A stretch of 63,921 nt of DNA, the filler included, from an uncultured Methanosarcinales archaeon (GTDB taxonomy: Archaea; Nanobdellota; Nanobdellia; Woesearchaeales; JABMPP01), in the NCBI GenBank assembly GCA_964604995.1. It is 4 parts of 4 records of this genome, joined end to end, with 100 filler letters (N's around TTAATTAATTAA, not from the genome) between each part and the next. Parts side by side here need not be neighbours in the genome. Positions count along the whole stretch, not along the records: positions 40,971 to 60,616 come from CAZSAD010000031.1; positions 60,717 to 63,921 come from CAZSAD010000060.1; 2 more parts are not named here. One strand, 5' to 3'. Positions 51,784 to 61,841 of the stretch are shown one piece after another; within the stretch, counting starts at the first letter, position 1, and each line of letters opens with the position of its first letter. A program made the translations under genes and the position numbers. Below the pieces are notes generated by a model that worked only from the letters and a program-made list of their open reading frames with translations, was not told the origin of the DNA and searched no databases.

Positions 51784-53112
51784 ATGAAAAAGCTAAGAGA
51801 TGTTGAAAAGCCAAGTAAATACAAGGATTTCCTAAGAGGAATTGCTAAATTGCAAATTAAGCATCCTTTTCTAACTATAGCTTTGATAATAACAATAACT
51901 ATCGCTTTGTATGGCGGCATTAATCAAGTCAAGACAGTTGCATCATTAGAAAAAATGATGCCAAGAGATGTTGAAGAAATAAAATCATTTAACATATTGC
52001 GTGATAATGGTCTTGGCCAGGACATGATTGCAGTTATAGTTGAGATTAATCAAGAATCTACAGTAATTAATAATTATGATATAACTTCCTATGAATATTA
52101 TACATACACAAAAAAATTAAAAGAAATATTTTTACAAGAAGATAATGTCATTTCAGCATATGCATTTTCTGATGTTATTGATATGTTTGCACAAAGATTA
52201 AACATTCAAATCGATGAAAAAACTTATCAAACTATTATTTCAAATTCTCAAGTGCAAACACAAATATCACGATTTGTAAATGCAGATAAAACAAATACTG
52301 TTATTCTTATTACTTCAGATATTAGTGCAGATGATCTAAGGATGAATTTACTTTCTGATAAACTTAAATTGGATATGGATTCATTAGGTAGACCAAATAG
52401 TGTTAAATTATCAATAACAGGAACGCCAATTATTCAGCAAAGATTAGGACAAGTAATTGAGCACGATAGACAAAAAACTGAAAGATTCTCTGCATTATTT
52501 GTGTTTATCTTAGTTGCATTAGTCTTTGGTTCAATCATTGCAGCAATTGTTCCAATGATAACAATAATCCTTAGTGTTATTTGGCTTTACGGTTTTATGG
52601 GATACTTAAATCTTCCAATATCAACTCTAGCTGGTGGCGTTGCAGCAATGGTAATTGGCATTGGTGTTGATTATTCAATACATCTAAGAAACAAATTTGA
52701 GTACGAAAGAAAAAAAGGAGAAAGTCTTGAATATGCTGTCGAAGAAACAATGGCAAATACAGGTTATGTTTTAACAACAGTCACAATTGTTACAGCAATT
52801 GCATTTTTAACTTTCTTAATAGGAGACATGCCAGAAATGGGAAGATTTGGTTTACTTATGACAATAGGTGTAAGTTTAGCTTTTTTCTTATCGGTTGTAG
52901 GTCTTCCAGCTTTGTTTATCATCGAGGAAAAAATAATTTACTATGGTAAACGTAAAATGCATTTTGGAATAGAAAAAGAATTCGTACTTGCTAAAGAAAA
53001 TGAATTGAAAATAAAGAAAGTAGATAATATCAAAGTAAATAAAATTCACGAAAACAAAAATAGTGGGAATAATCAAAATAATAATAATAATAATAATAAA
53101 AATAAAAAATAA
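51784..53112 (+). CDS. MMPL/RND transporter half 1
   Basis: ITGTP, IGIGVDYSIH, GRFG. Confidence 0.88.
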   Translation: MKKLRDVEKPSKYKDFLRGIAKLQIKHPFLTIALIITITIALYGGINQVKTVASLEKMMPRDVEEIKSFNILRDNGLGQDMIAVIVEINQESTVINNYDITSYEYYTYTKKLKEIFLQEDNVISAYAFSDVIDMFAQRLNIQIDEKTYQTIISNSQVQTQISRFVNADKTNTVILITSDISADDLRMNLLSDKLKLDMDSLGRPNSVKLSITGTPIIQQRLGQVIEHDRQKTERFSALFVFILVALVFGSIIAAIVPMITIILSVIWLYGFMGYLNLPISTLAGGVAAMVIGIGVDYSIHLRNKFEYERKKGESLEYAVEETMANTGYVLTTVTIVTAIAFLTFLIGDMPEMGRFGLLMTIGVSLAFFLSVVGLPALFIIEEKIIYYGKRKMHFGIEKEFVLAKENELKIKKVDNIKVNKIHENKNSGNNQNNNNNNNKNKK

Positions 53113-53130
53113 AAACTTTGGAGCATTAAA

Positions 53131-54246
53131 ATGTCATACTTAAGAAAAATTGGATTTAAATTAGGAAAACTGCAAGGACAATATCCTTGGTTCTTTGTAA
53201 TTTTAGCTATTACAATTACACTTGCAACTTTACCAGGAATTCCAATGTTATTAAATAATGTTGAACCAAGTTTAGAAAAAGTACTTCCCCAAGACATACA
53301 AGAAGTTAAGCTCATGAATGATATGCGCTCTCAATATGGTGCGGATATGTTATATCTGGTTTTAGTTGGTGAAAATATTGATATTTACTCACCTTCTAGT
53401 CTGCGTTATATTGATTCAGTTTCTCAAAGTCTAAATGGGCTTGAAAATATAGTTGAAGTTGATTCCATATCACAAATAGTAAAAGAAAATAATAATGGGA
53501 ATATCCCTCAATCAGAAAATCAAATTAAAAATATTTTAGATTCAGATCCTAGAACAAAAAATTTCATCAATCCTTCTAGAACAATAACATTTATTCAAAT
53601 TAAATCAGATACAGGCGCTTCAGCAAAGACTGTGAAAAAAGTTATTGATGATATCAAATTTACACAAAATATATTGGAAGCAGAAAATCCAGGTTTCGAT
53701 GTAAAACTAACAGGCTTTAATGCAATTGATCAGGCAACTTTTAAAGTTATTATCTCTGATTTTATTAAAATTACTTTAGTAAGTTTTGGTCTTATGATTA
53801 TATTCTTATTATTTCATTATAAATTTTCAATAAAAAAAACAGTTTATAGTCTAGTCATTATGATTTTTTCATTAATATGGGCATTAGGTGTAACTGGTTA
53901 TGTTGGAATAAAATTAAATGTTGTAACAATGGTTTCAGCAGCAATGATAATTGCACTTGGGAGTTCATATGGTATAAACTCAGTCTATCATTTTTATGAT
54001 GACTTTTTGCTGCAATACGACAAAAAAATGGCAATAGCAAAATTTCAGGAATTTTTAATCATAGGTTTATCTGGTTCAGCTTTTGCAGAAATAGCTGGAT
54101 TTTTAGCTTTGCTTTTTGGTTTAATGCCATCAATGCAAGACTTGGGAATAATACTTGCAATTGGAATATTTTTTGCTTTGTTTGTAAGTGTTATCATTTT
54201 ACCAGTATTTTTCTTTTTAATGGAGCGTGATAAAAATGAAAATTAA
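53131..54246 (+). CDS. MMPL/RND transporter half 2
   Basis: LTGF, IIALGSSYGI, AGFLAL...MP....G, ILP. Confidence 0.85.
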   Translation: MSYLRKIGFKLGKLQGQYPWFFVILAITITLATLPGIPMLLNNVEPSLEKVLPQDIQEVKLMNDMRSQYGADMLYLVLVGENIDIYSPSSLRYIDSVSQSLNGLENIVEVDSISQIVKENNNGNIPQSENQIKNILDSDPRTKNFINPSRTITFIQIKSDTGASAKTVKKVIDDIKFTQNILEAENPGFDVKLTGFNAIDQATFKVIISDFIKITLVSFGLMIIFLLFHYKFSIKKTVYSLVIMIFSLIWALGVTGYVGIKLNVVTMVSAAMIIALGSSYGINSVYHFYDDFLLQYDKKMAIAKFQEFLIIGLSGSAFAEIAGFLALLFGLMPSMQDLGIILAIGIFFALFVSVIILPVFFFLMERDKNEN

Positions 54247-54427
54247 AAATTTTATTAGGATATTTGCAGGAAGTTTGGTGTTAATAGGATCAGTATTGGC
54301 TTATTTTTATTCAATTTATTGGTTATTTTTAACAGGATTTATTGGACTTAATTTGCTTCAATATGGATTTACAAATTGGTGTTTATTAGCAAAAATATTA
54401 AATCATTTTGGCATGAAAGAAGAATAA
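54236..54427 (+). CDS. DUF2892 (YgaP-like) membrane protein
   Basis: IR..AG, G.NLLQ.GFT.WC. Confidence 0.85.
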   Translation: MKIKNFIRIFAGSLVLIGSVLAYFYSIYWLFLTGFIGLNLLQYGFTNWCLLAKILNHFGMKEE

Positions 54428-54480
54428 GAAAGCTACAAAGAATAGTAAACTTAATATCTACCAATATGTTTTTGATTAAT

Positions 54481-54831
54481 ATGATAGACTTTGCATGTAA
54501 AAAATTCGATTTGAAAGAAATCGTAAAATGTAGTTTAGGTTTAACTAAAAGTGAATTTCATTTATTTGAATATTTACTAATGCATAGTTCCACAGGTTTT
54601 CAAAGTGCAGAATTAGCAAAAGCATTGAAACTTGATTTGACTACAGTTCAAAAAGGAGTTAAAAATTTATATGAAAAAAGAATTTTATACAGGACTCAAA
54701 AAAACATTGACCAAGGTGGGTATATTTATTATTATCAAATAAAAAATAAAGAAGAAGTTAAAAAAAGGATTATGGGCACTATAAAAAATTGGGTATCTAA
54801 AGTTGAATCTGAAATGAAAGAATGGAAATAA
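54481..54831 (+). CDS. Winged-helix regulator (TrmB/COG3355-like)
   Basis: KC.LGL...E, LA..L.LD.TTVQK....L, GGY.Y.Y. Confidence 0.85.
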   Translation: MIDFACKKFDLKEIVKCSLGLTKSEFHLFEYLLMHSSTGFQSAELAKALKLDLTTVQKGVKNLYEKRILYRTQKNIDQGGYIYYYQIKNKEEVKKRIMGTIKNWVSKVESEMKEWK

Positions 54832-54908
54832 ATTATTCAATTTAGTTTTATTCAATTAATTTTTTATTCAATAATAAATTTTATTCAATTTTAATTTTCA
54901 AAAAGTAG

Positions 54909-55301
54909 ATGGGTGAGAAAATGTACCAATACAAAAAAGAAGTTAACTTAAATTATCTTGAGGCTATAAAAAAAGTAAAATCAGAATTGGAAAAAGAAGG
55001 ATTTGGTGTCATAACTGAAATCAATGTTAAAGAAACATTCAAAAAGAAATTAGATATTGATTTTGAAAATTATTCAATTCTTGGAGCATGCAATCCTAAT
55101 TTTGCATACAAAGCTTTGCAAGCAGAAATGGATTTAGGACTAATGCTTCCTTGTAATTTAATAGTTTATACTTTAAAAAATAAAACCTATGTAGCAGCAA
55201 TAAATCCAAGTGTTCAAATGGAAAAAATTGGAAATTCGCTCTTAAAAGAAATTGGACCAGCTGTAGAAGAAAAATTAAAAAAAGTTATTGATTCAATATG
55301 A
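54909..55301 (+). CDS. DUF302 family protein
   Basis: GFGVITEI, ILGACNP, GLMLPCN. Confidence 0.92.
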   Translation: MGEKMYQYKKEVNLNYLEAIKKVKSELEKEGFGVITEINVKETFKKKLDIDFENYSILGACNPNFAYKALQAEMDLGLMLPCNLIVYTLKNKTYVAAINPSVQMEKIGNSLLKEIGPAVEEKLKKVIDSI

Positions 55302-55327
55302 TTTAATATAATTATTACAAATCTAAT

Positions 55328-56255
55328 TTACATCAAAAAATTAAATAAATATCCTGTAAATATTATCCCAAGTGCAACTATTCCAAAAAATAATGCCAAT
55401 AATTTTGGCTTTAGAACTTTTCTTAATATTATCATTTCAGGAAAAGAAATTGCAGTAACTGACATCATAAAAGCAAGAGCAGTTCCAATTGGTAATCCTT
55501 TTTCAATTAATGATTTAACTATGGGTATTACTCCTGTTGCATTTGAATAAAGTGGAACTCCAATTAAAACAGCAATGGGAACAGCAAACAAATTGCTTTT
55601 TTTAGCAATTTTTGCAAGCAAATTTTCTGGCGCATAACCATGTATAAAAGCGCCAATAGCTATTCCAATTAAAACATAAGGATAAATCTTTTTTACTAAT
55701 CTATAAGTTTCATCAAATGATTGTTTTAATCTATCTTTCCAAACTAATTTTGCAACTTTTTGATTCTTGCTTATTTTTCCAACTTTTATTTTCCAAACAT
55801 ATTCTTCTACTTGGCCTTCTAATTTCATTTTTCCAAGAACAAAACCTGCAAGTGTAGCAATTGTTACTCCGGATACTACATAAATTAATGCGATTTTATA
55901 TCCAAATAATGCAAACAATAAAACTGCAGCAACTTCATTTACCATCGGTGCAGAAATAAGATAAGAAAATGTTACACCTAGTGGAACACCTGATTCCACA
56001 AATCCAATAAATAATGGTACAGCAGAGCATGAGCAAAATGGTGTCACTGTTCCAATTAATGCAGCAAGAAAATTTCCAACAATTTCAAATCTATTTGATA
56101 AAAATTTCTTAATCTTTTGTGGATGCAAAAAAGTTCTTATTATTGAAACCAAATAAATTATGGTGCATAACAACAATAAAATCTTAATACTATCATAAAT
56201 AAAATAATTAATTNNNNNNNNNNNNNNNNNNNNNNACTGGAAAAAAAATATCCAT
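55328..56255 (-). CDS. ArsP/DUF318-family permease (spans small N-run)
   Basis: TPFCSCSAVP, GVPLYSN, SFPE. Start MDIFF at 56255, upstream of the N-run. Confidence 0.88.
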
Positions 56256-56289
56256 TTATTTTCCTCTAAAAAGTCTTTTGATTTTAATT

Positions 56290-56526
56290 TTACTCACCTT
56301 GAATTATTGCTTTTATTTTTTCTTTGTTAGGCGCATATCCAACAATCACAGCTTTGCCATCAACAAGCAAAACCGGACTTTTTGTTATTCCCATTTTCAT
56401 TATTTTTTCAATATCTACAATGTATTCAACATTTGCTTTTATCTTTAATTCAGCTACTGCTAATTTGGTATCTTCAAATAATCTTTTGCAAGTTGGGCAT
56501 CCCATACCTAAAACACTTATTTTCAT
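56290..56526 (-). CDS. Small thioredoxin-like redox protein (MTH895/ArsE-type)
   Basis: VLGMGCPTC, SP.L.VDG. Confidence 0.9.
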   Translation of the reverse strand: MKISVLGMGCPTCKRLFEDTKLAVAELKIKANVEYIVDIEKIMKMGITKSPVLLVDGKAVIVGYAPNKEKIKAIIQGE

Positions 56527-56774
56527 TTTATCACCTTAAATATTTTTAATATGCGTTTATCTTTTAAAGAATAAATTATTTTTTTGCCTTCTCTTCTGCT
56601 TTGTATCAAATTCCAGTCTTGTAATTTTGCAAGGTGCATTGAAGTATTTGACTGCGTTCTTTTTATTTTAGGTGGAATTTCACATGCACACATCTCTTTA
56701 CTTAAAAGAATTTTTAAAATTTGATGTTTTGTCTCTTCTCCTAACGCCTTAAATAAATTGATATTTTCTTTCAT
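56523..56774 (-). CDS. ArsR/SmtB-family regulator
   Basis: FKALG, EMCACEI, Q...S.HL..L, RREGK..IYSL. Confidence 0.92.
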   Translation of the reverse strand: MKENINLFKALGEETKHQILKILLSKEMCACEIPPKIKRTQSNTSMHLAKLQDWNLIQSRREGKKIIYSLKDKRILKIFKVIK

Positions 56775-56793
56775 ATCAATAAGTATTGATATG
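56772..56793. promoter_or_regulatory. ArsR-type operator, perfect 10-2-10 inverted repeat overlapping the start codon
   Basis: CATATCAATA-AG-TATTGATATG. Confidence 0.82.
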
Positions 56794-56877
56794 TTAATAT
56801 ATAAATCTTTTGTTTTAATTAAATTAATTTTTAATTAAGCTCTAATTTTTAGTTAAAAATTTTAGAACTTTATATTT

Positions 56878-57444
56878 TTATAATGTAGTTCCAATCCACA
56901 AAATTACAAATATTCCTAAAGTATTTAATAAGAATGAAAATAACATAAAATTATCTTCAGTTATTCTTCTATCAGATGCCATCATAGAAACTCCAATTTC
57001 ATCAGGAAGTGGCGATGCAATTATTATTGCTGCACAAACAGACAAAAGATATTTTTTAATAATACTGGGCAAAGTTTTTGTTAGCCAAAGAATAATCTTT
57101 TCATTTGATAACATTTCTATTTCATCATAAAAAGAATGCCTTATCAATTTAAAAATTAATAAATCTGAAAGTAATGCTCCTAATCCAGCAATAATTCCAG
57201 CAACTAATATATTTTGTTCTTTAGAAAGAATCAGTAAAATTGAAGTTGCAGGACCAGCTGTAAACCCGTAAGCATACATCATTCCTGCAATAAATGTGCC
57301 AACATATCCAAGATGTGTAAGAACCTCATTTAAAAAAGGATGATCTCTTCCTGCAAAAATAAGGTATGCAACCATAAATGTGATAAAAAGTAATATAAAT
57401 TTAGGATATTTAACAAATCTAATTTTTTTTCCTTCATTTTCCAT
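56878..57444 (-). CDS. Membrane protein, DedA/VTT-like
   Basis: AGLGALLSD, IIASPLPDEIG. Confidence 0.6.
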   Translation of the reverse strand: MENEGKKIRFVKYPKFILLFITFMVAYLIFAGRDHPFLNEVLTHLGYVGTFIAGMMYAYGFTAGPATSILLILSKEQNILVAGIIAGLGALLSDLLIFKLIRHSFYDEIEMLSNEKIILWLTKTLPSIIKKYLLSVCAAIIIASPLPDEIGVSMMASDRRITEDNFMLFSFLLNTLGIFVILWIGTTL

Positions 57445-57527
57445 TAATTTTATGGCGAATAACTAATATAAATACTTTTATCTAATTTTAGCTTAACTTT
57501 TTAAATAATATCTCTTTTTATCTTTTT

Positions 57528-57980
57528 ATGAAAAACAAAACTCTTTTCAAAACAGTGGCCTTTGCCACATTGCTATCTTTTTTATTGTTTTTTTCAAATT
57601 CAGTTTCTGCAGATTTCTGCTCTTATTTAACAGATGAAGTAGGAGTAATACCTGGAGTTTCTGTTCCAAACTCACTGCCTTATAAAAATGAAATAACAAA
57701 CGTATACACTTTAGATAGGGAAGTGGTTGGAATGATTGTTATAAAAGATGGAAAAATAGAAAGCACTTCTTGTAATTCCACTACTGAAAATGCAACTTAT
57801 AACCTATTCATCAAAGATCAGCAAACTATTGAAGACATCTTATCTTCAGAAAAGCCAGTTGATGTATTAAATGAAAAGATAAAATCCCAAGATATTATAC
57901 TTGAAGGAACAAAAACTTCTAAAAAAATAAAGGGTTTTTTCACAAGGTTAGCAATAAGATTAACAAGTTGGTTCTCATAA
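57528..57980 (+). CDS. Hypothetical secreted protein
   Basis: Signal peptide ending VSA. Confidence 0.6.
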   Translation: MKNKTLFKTVAFATLLSFLLFFSNSVSADFCSYLTDEVGVIPGVSVPNSLPYKNEITNVYTLDREVVGMIVIKDGKIESTSCNSTTENATYNLFIKDQQTIEDILSSEKPVDVLNEKIKSQDIILEGTKTSKKIKGFFTRLAIRLTSWFS

Positions 57981-58050
57981 AATCTTGTTTTTAATTTTTT
58001 TTATTTATGGTAAAATTTATAATCTAATAATTCATTTCATAGCTAAACAA

Positions 58051-58684
58051 ATGCCATCAAAATTCAATGAATGGAAAAAGGATATTATACAGCACAAAAA
58101 TCAGATATTTTTAGCATTTTTGTTTTTGATAATATCTCTTGTTTCTTTATCTTATTCAAGTAGCTATGTTGATAGTTTAAACACCATCTCAGTGCCAGAT
58201 TTAATATTGGATTCTATTCCAGTTGTTGATTTAAGTTTCTTATTCGTATGGGGGATTATTGTTGTTCTAATCGTTTATATTTTGTATCCTCTTTTTTTTG
58301 AACCAAAAAAATTCNNNNNNNNNNTTAGGTATGCTAAGTTTATTTGTTCTAGTTAGATCAGCATTTATTATTCTAACTCATCTTAAAGCACCCGCTGATG
58401 CAATTACTGTAGTTTCTCCTTCTTTTTTTCAATTCTTAACTTACACAAATGATTTATTTTTTTCAGGCCATGCAGGTTTACCTTTTTTAGGATTTCTTGT
58501 TTATAAAGATAGTAAAATAAAATGTTTCATGATTTTTTCATCAATTATTTTAGCATTAACTGTATTATTAATGCATGTTCACTATTCAATTGATGTTGCA
58601 AGTGCTTATTTTATCACCTATGGAATATATGTTATTGGGACACCTTTATTTGGTGGATTTAACATTACAAAAAATAATGAATGA
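58051..58684 (+). CDS. PAP2 / sphingomyelin-synthase-like membrane protein (single gene split by N-run)
   Basis: PDLILD.IP, DLFFSGH, HVHYSIDV. Confidence 0.82.
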
Positions 58685-58748
58685 ATTAGTAAACAAAAAT
58701 ATCCAATTATGCAAAGTAATATAAACATTAAACTTAATTAATATTAAC

Positions 58749-59165
58749 ATGGCAAAGAAAAAATTAGTTAAAAAAAAGCAAAATAGTAATATCATGAAAA
58801 TAACATCTATTGTAGTAATTGCAATATTCATACTTATTATTATCATAGGCGTTGCTAAAGAATATGTATTCGAATCTAAATTTGTAAAGCTAACAGAACT
58901 TCAGATTGCATCTGCAAAAGCTGTTGTTACATCTGCATTACAAAATGATAAAGATGATATTTCCAATTATCACTTTTTCGTATCCCAAAAAATGAAACAT
59001 CACAATGCAGATAAAATTATCGAGGTTTGTTTAAACAACAATTCGACAAGACACATTTATTTGATTGATGTCAATTCTTTAGAAATTATTTTACATTCCA
59101 AAATTGATATTTACAAAAATGATATTAATTATAATAAAGAATTCAATTCTTGTAAAGATAATTAA
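58749..59165 (+). CDS. Hypothetical membrane-anchored protein
   Basis: N-terminal TM helix, PepSY-like YLIDVNS.EI end. Confidence 0.55.
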   Translation: MAKKKLVKKKQNSNIMKITSIVVIAIFILIIIIGVAKEYVFESKFVKLTELQIASAKAVVTSALQNDKDDISNYHFFVSQKMKHHNADKIIEVCLNNNSTRHIYLIDVNSLEIILHSKIDIYKNDINYNKEFNSCKDN

Positions 59166-59238
59166 TTAAAAATATAAAAATAATGCTTTGAGAATATTAT
59201 TATCATTATTATAAATAATTATAAAACAGTTTTTTATT

Positions 59239-60561
59239 CTAAAGCAATTTTTTTGTGTATTCAATATCATCTAAAAATTCATATGACCACTCTTCAGCAA
59301 TTGCTGCAGCTTGTTCATCTTTTAACCCTTCTTGGTAATCATATTTTTTTGCTTTATTAATTATTTTATCAGATATTGTTTCTTTAGTATTTAACACTTC
59401 TAATATTCTGGTTACTAATTTTTTATCTTCTTTTTTAATGTTTTTTGTTGCAAAATTCAAAAAAGCTTTGCAATATCTATGTATTTGATTGTTAGCAATT
59501 CCTTCTGTTGCAGAAAGATACTGTAATTTTTCACGAACAACACTAATTGGTGGAACATACAATTCTTTTTTTTCCAATTTGAAAGGTTTGTAAATCCCAA
59601 TATCATGTGGTATAATTTTTATTTTTTCTTTGACAATTCTAGTCATTGCCATTTGAAGAAGTGTGCTTGTTCCAAGAGTATAACTTGGAAGATTCATATC
59701 CATCCCTCTTTGCTCAAATGTACCATGCTTGTTAACTTTAACTGGATTCCATGCAATATCAAGTTTTCTTGCATGTTTTTTTATTAGTTTTTCATCAAAT
59801 CCCCATTTGATAAGTTGATTTTTAAAAGTGTTATATCTTCTTTCAATTAGTTTTGTCAAATCAGTTATTGTGTTTGTATAACTTTGTAATCCACCAAATA
59901 ATTGAAAATCTCCCCATAAACCATCATACTTAAGATTATCTCCACCTCTATAAATCAACATTCTTGAATCTTTTGCAAGATATTCTCCTTGAACAAAAGG
60001 AGAAGATTGCATAAAAGTTGTAACAGCTGGATCAATTGCGATAAGAAAGTTATAACTGCTCATTAAGCTATTGCTCTCTTTAGAATTTGTTTTTAAAGTT
60101 AGTGATTGTCTTGCTTTATTGTATGTTTTTGATTCAATAGAAAAATGATAATGAAATCCAGTGCAAAGTCCATTTATCATAAATTTATTTTCTCCCCACA
60201 ATTTTTTTTGTATTTCATACCAAAAAGTTGAATGAATTTCTGGATTAAATTTTCCAGGATATGTTGCAAAGGGGTACAAAAGCAGTTTTTTTCTCTCAGC
60301 AATTTCCCAAACTTTTTCCAAAGTGTAATTTATATCTGTAAATGATTTTCTTAAATTGTTACTTGGATTTACACCTATTTCAAGCATATGCTTTCCAGCT
60401 TCTTTTGTAACATGTATTAATGGAAACTCTTTTTTTGCGCTTTTAATTATATAATCCGCATCGTGTACTACATATCCTTCTTTGTTAAGAGTAAACATTT
60501 CCATCTCATATCCTGAATTGAAATTTCCATCAGTACTCCATTTTTTTCTTGTATTGCTCAT
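59239..60561 (-). CDS. Glutamate-cysteine ligase (GCS2) family carboxylate-amine ligase
   Basis: GYEMEMF, KE....MLEI, GFHYH, SSPF, DSR, GTFEQR.MD. Confidence 0.8.
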   Translation of the reverse strand: MSNTRKKWSTDGNFNSGYEMEMFTLNKEGYVVHDADYIIKSAKKEFPLIHVTKEAGKHMLEIGVNPSNNLRKSFTDINYTLEKVWEIAERKKLLLYPFATYPGKFNPEIHSTFWYEIQKKLWGENKFMINGLCTGFHYHFSIESKTYNKARQSLTLKTNSKESNSLMSSYNFLIAIDPAVTTFMQSSPFVQGEYLAKDSRMLIYRGGDNLKYDGLWGDFQLFGGLQSYTNTITDLTKLIERRYNTFKNQLIKWGFDEKLIKKHARKLDIAWNPVKVNKHGTFEQRGMDMNLPSYTLGTSTLLQMAMTRIVKEKIKIIPHDIGIYKPFKLEKKELYVPPISVVREKLQYLSATEGIANNQIHRYCKAFLNFATKNIKKEDKKLVTRILEVLNTKETISDKIINKAKKYDYQEGLKDEQAAAIAEEWSYEFLDDIEYTKKLL

Positions 60562-60616
60562 TAAAAAACACCTAACAGTGATACTTAAAAAAATAAATTA
60601 TATAAAATTATATAAG

Positions 60617-60716
60617 NNNNNNNNNNNNNNNNNNNNNNNNNNNNNNNNNNNNNNNNNNNNTTAATTAATTAANNNNNNNNNNNNNNNNNNNNNNNNNNNN
60701 NNNNNNNNNNNNNNNN
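60617..60716. other. Artificial contig linker
   Basis: 100 nt of N with a central TTAATTAATTAA. Confidence 0.97.
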
Positions 60717-61085
60717 CAAGAAATACAAAAATACACCAAAGACGTAAAAATTAGTCTAAGTAAAGAACCAGATATAATTTTCAAAAACGCAAAAAAAGAA
60801 ACAGTCGCATTAGAAATCGAAACAGGAACAGGATACAAAAAACACAAAATAGAATTCGAACTAAAATTCCACGAAACAAAAGAAAGATACAAGAAAAACC
60901 TATACATCGTACTAACAGACAGCAGACACAAACAACAATACAAAAACCTATTCAAAAAAATACGAATATTTCTAAGACAAGACATACTGGCCTTTTTAGA
61001 GAGCCAATTCCCTCCACAAGGAAGGGAATATATTCCGGCAAAAACAAAACGCGACACAGGCCACAAAAAGGCCACACTTGCATGA
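60717..61085 (+). CDS. 3' fragment of a PD-(D/E)xK nuclease-fold protein (missing from ORF track)
   Basis: Hand translation gives QEIQKYTKDVKISLSKEPDIIFKNAKKETVALEIETGTGYKKH...LYIVLTD, ending TGA at 61083-61085. Confidence 0.7.
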   Translation, partial: QEIQKYTKDVKISLSKEPDIIFKNAKKETVALEIETGTGYKKHKIEFELKFHETKERYKKNLYIVLTDSRHKQQYKNLFKKIRIFLRQDILAFLESQFPPQGREYIPAKTKRDTGHKKATLA

Positions 61086-61140
61086 TTTAGGCCATCAACC
61101 GGATATGCGCGACGATGTAAGAAATTAATACTACAAGTTA

Positions 61141-61836
61141 TTATTTTTTAGAAAGATATGCTTCATCAACATAATCAGTTAATAAACTTGCATAACATAA
61201 ATATTTCATAGCTAAAATAGGATCAGTTATTGGATTTTTTTGAACCACATCATCATGACCCCGAGGATTGCGTATGCCAATTATAGCACCTGCTAACAAA
61301 AATTTTCTTCCTTCTTGGATGTCTTTATCAGTTACACTTTTCAAAGAATTAAATTGAAGAGTAGGATGAAGCTCATTAAATACATTCATCATTAAAGTTT
61401 TGCCATCTTCTTGACTTTGTGTTTTATCCTTAACTAGATTATTAATTTTCTTAATTGCTTCAAAGATTGCTAAGTCATAATGCTTATCATTATATAATTT
61501 TTCACTAGCCTTTCTTATTTCCGGATGTATCTTCATTAAATCAAAAAGATTCATTTCTGTTTTTTGATGAATTAATACTTTTTGTTTTGTCGATATTGAA
61601 AAAATATCTGATTTATCCGTTGTTTTGATATCTTCAAAAGGTTTTTTTTGAATCCAAGATCCATTTTGTTTTCTCAAAAATGAAGAACAGGAAACGAGAT
61701 GCGGAGTCATATTTGAAACAGTTGTTGAATATTTCTTAAAAATATATTTTTCAATCTCTTTAGGTGTCCTAGGACTAATAAAATAGTTATTTTTCCACAA
61801 GTCTCTTATACAATCGTTAATTTTTTTTGGAACCAT
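61141..61836 (-). CDS. TIGR02391 / HEPN-like protein with N-terminal winged-helix domain
   Basis: IHPEI...S..LY...HY..AIFEA.K, DG..LM..VF, QEG..L.AG...GIRNPRGH (Rx4H). Confidence 0.85.
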   Translation of the reverse strand: MVPKKINDCIRDLWKNNYFISPRTPKEIEKYIFKKYSTTVSNMTPHLVSCSSFLRKQNGSWIQKKPFEDIKTTDKSDIFSISTKQKVLIHQKTEMNLFDLMKIHPEIRKASEKLYNDKHYDLAIFEAIKKINNLVKDKTQSQEDGKTLMMNVFNELHPTLQFNSLKSVTDKDIQEGRKFLLAGAIIGIRNPRGHDDVVQKNPITDPILAMKYLCYASLLTDYVDEAYLSKK

Positions 61837-61841
61837 GATAC

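Noticed and set aside
53068..53110. (AAT)n microsatellite
   Set aside because: In-frame poly-Asn tail. A triplet unit cannot cause phase variation.
58051..58684. Frameshifted or split PAP2 gene (likewise ArsP at 55328-56255)
   Set aside because: The frame change coincides with an N-run of estimated length, so it is an assembly artefact rather than a programmed frameshift.
60665..61075. 136-aa minus-strand ORF
   Set aside because: Antisense shadow of the T-poor plus-strand nuclease-fold frame, ending in the linker.
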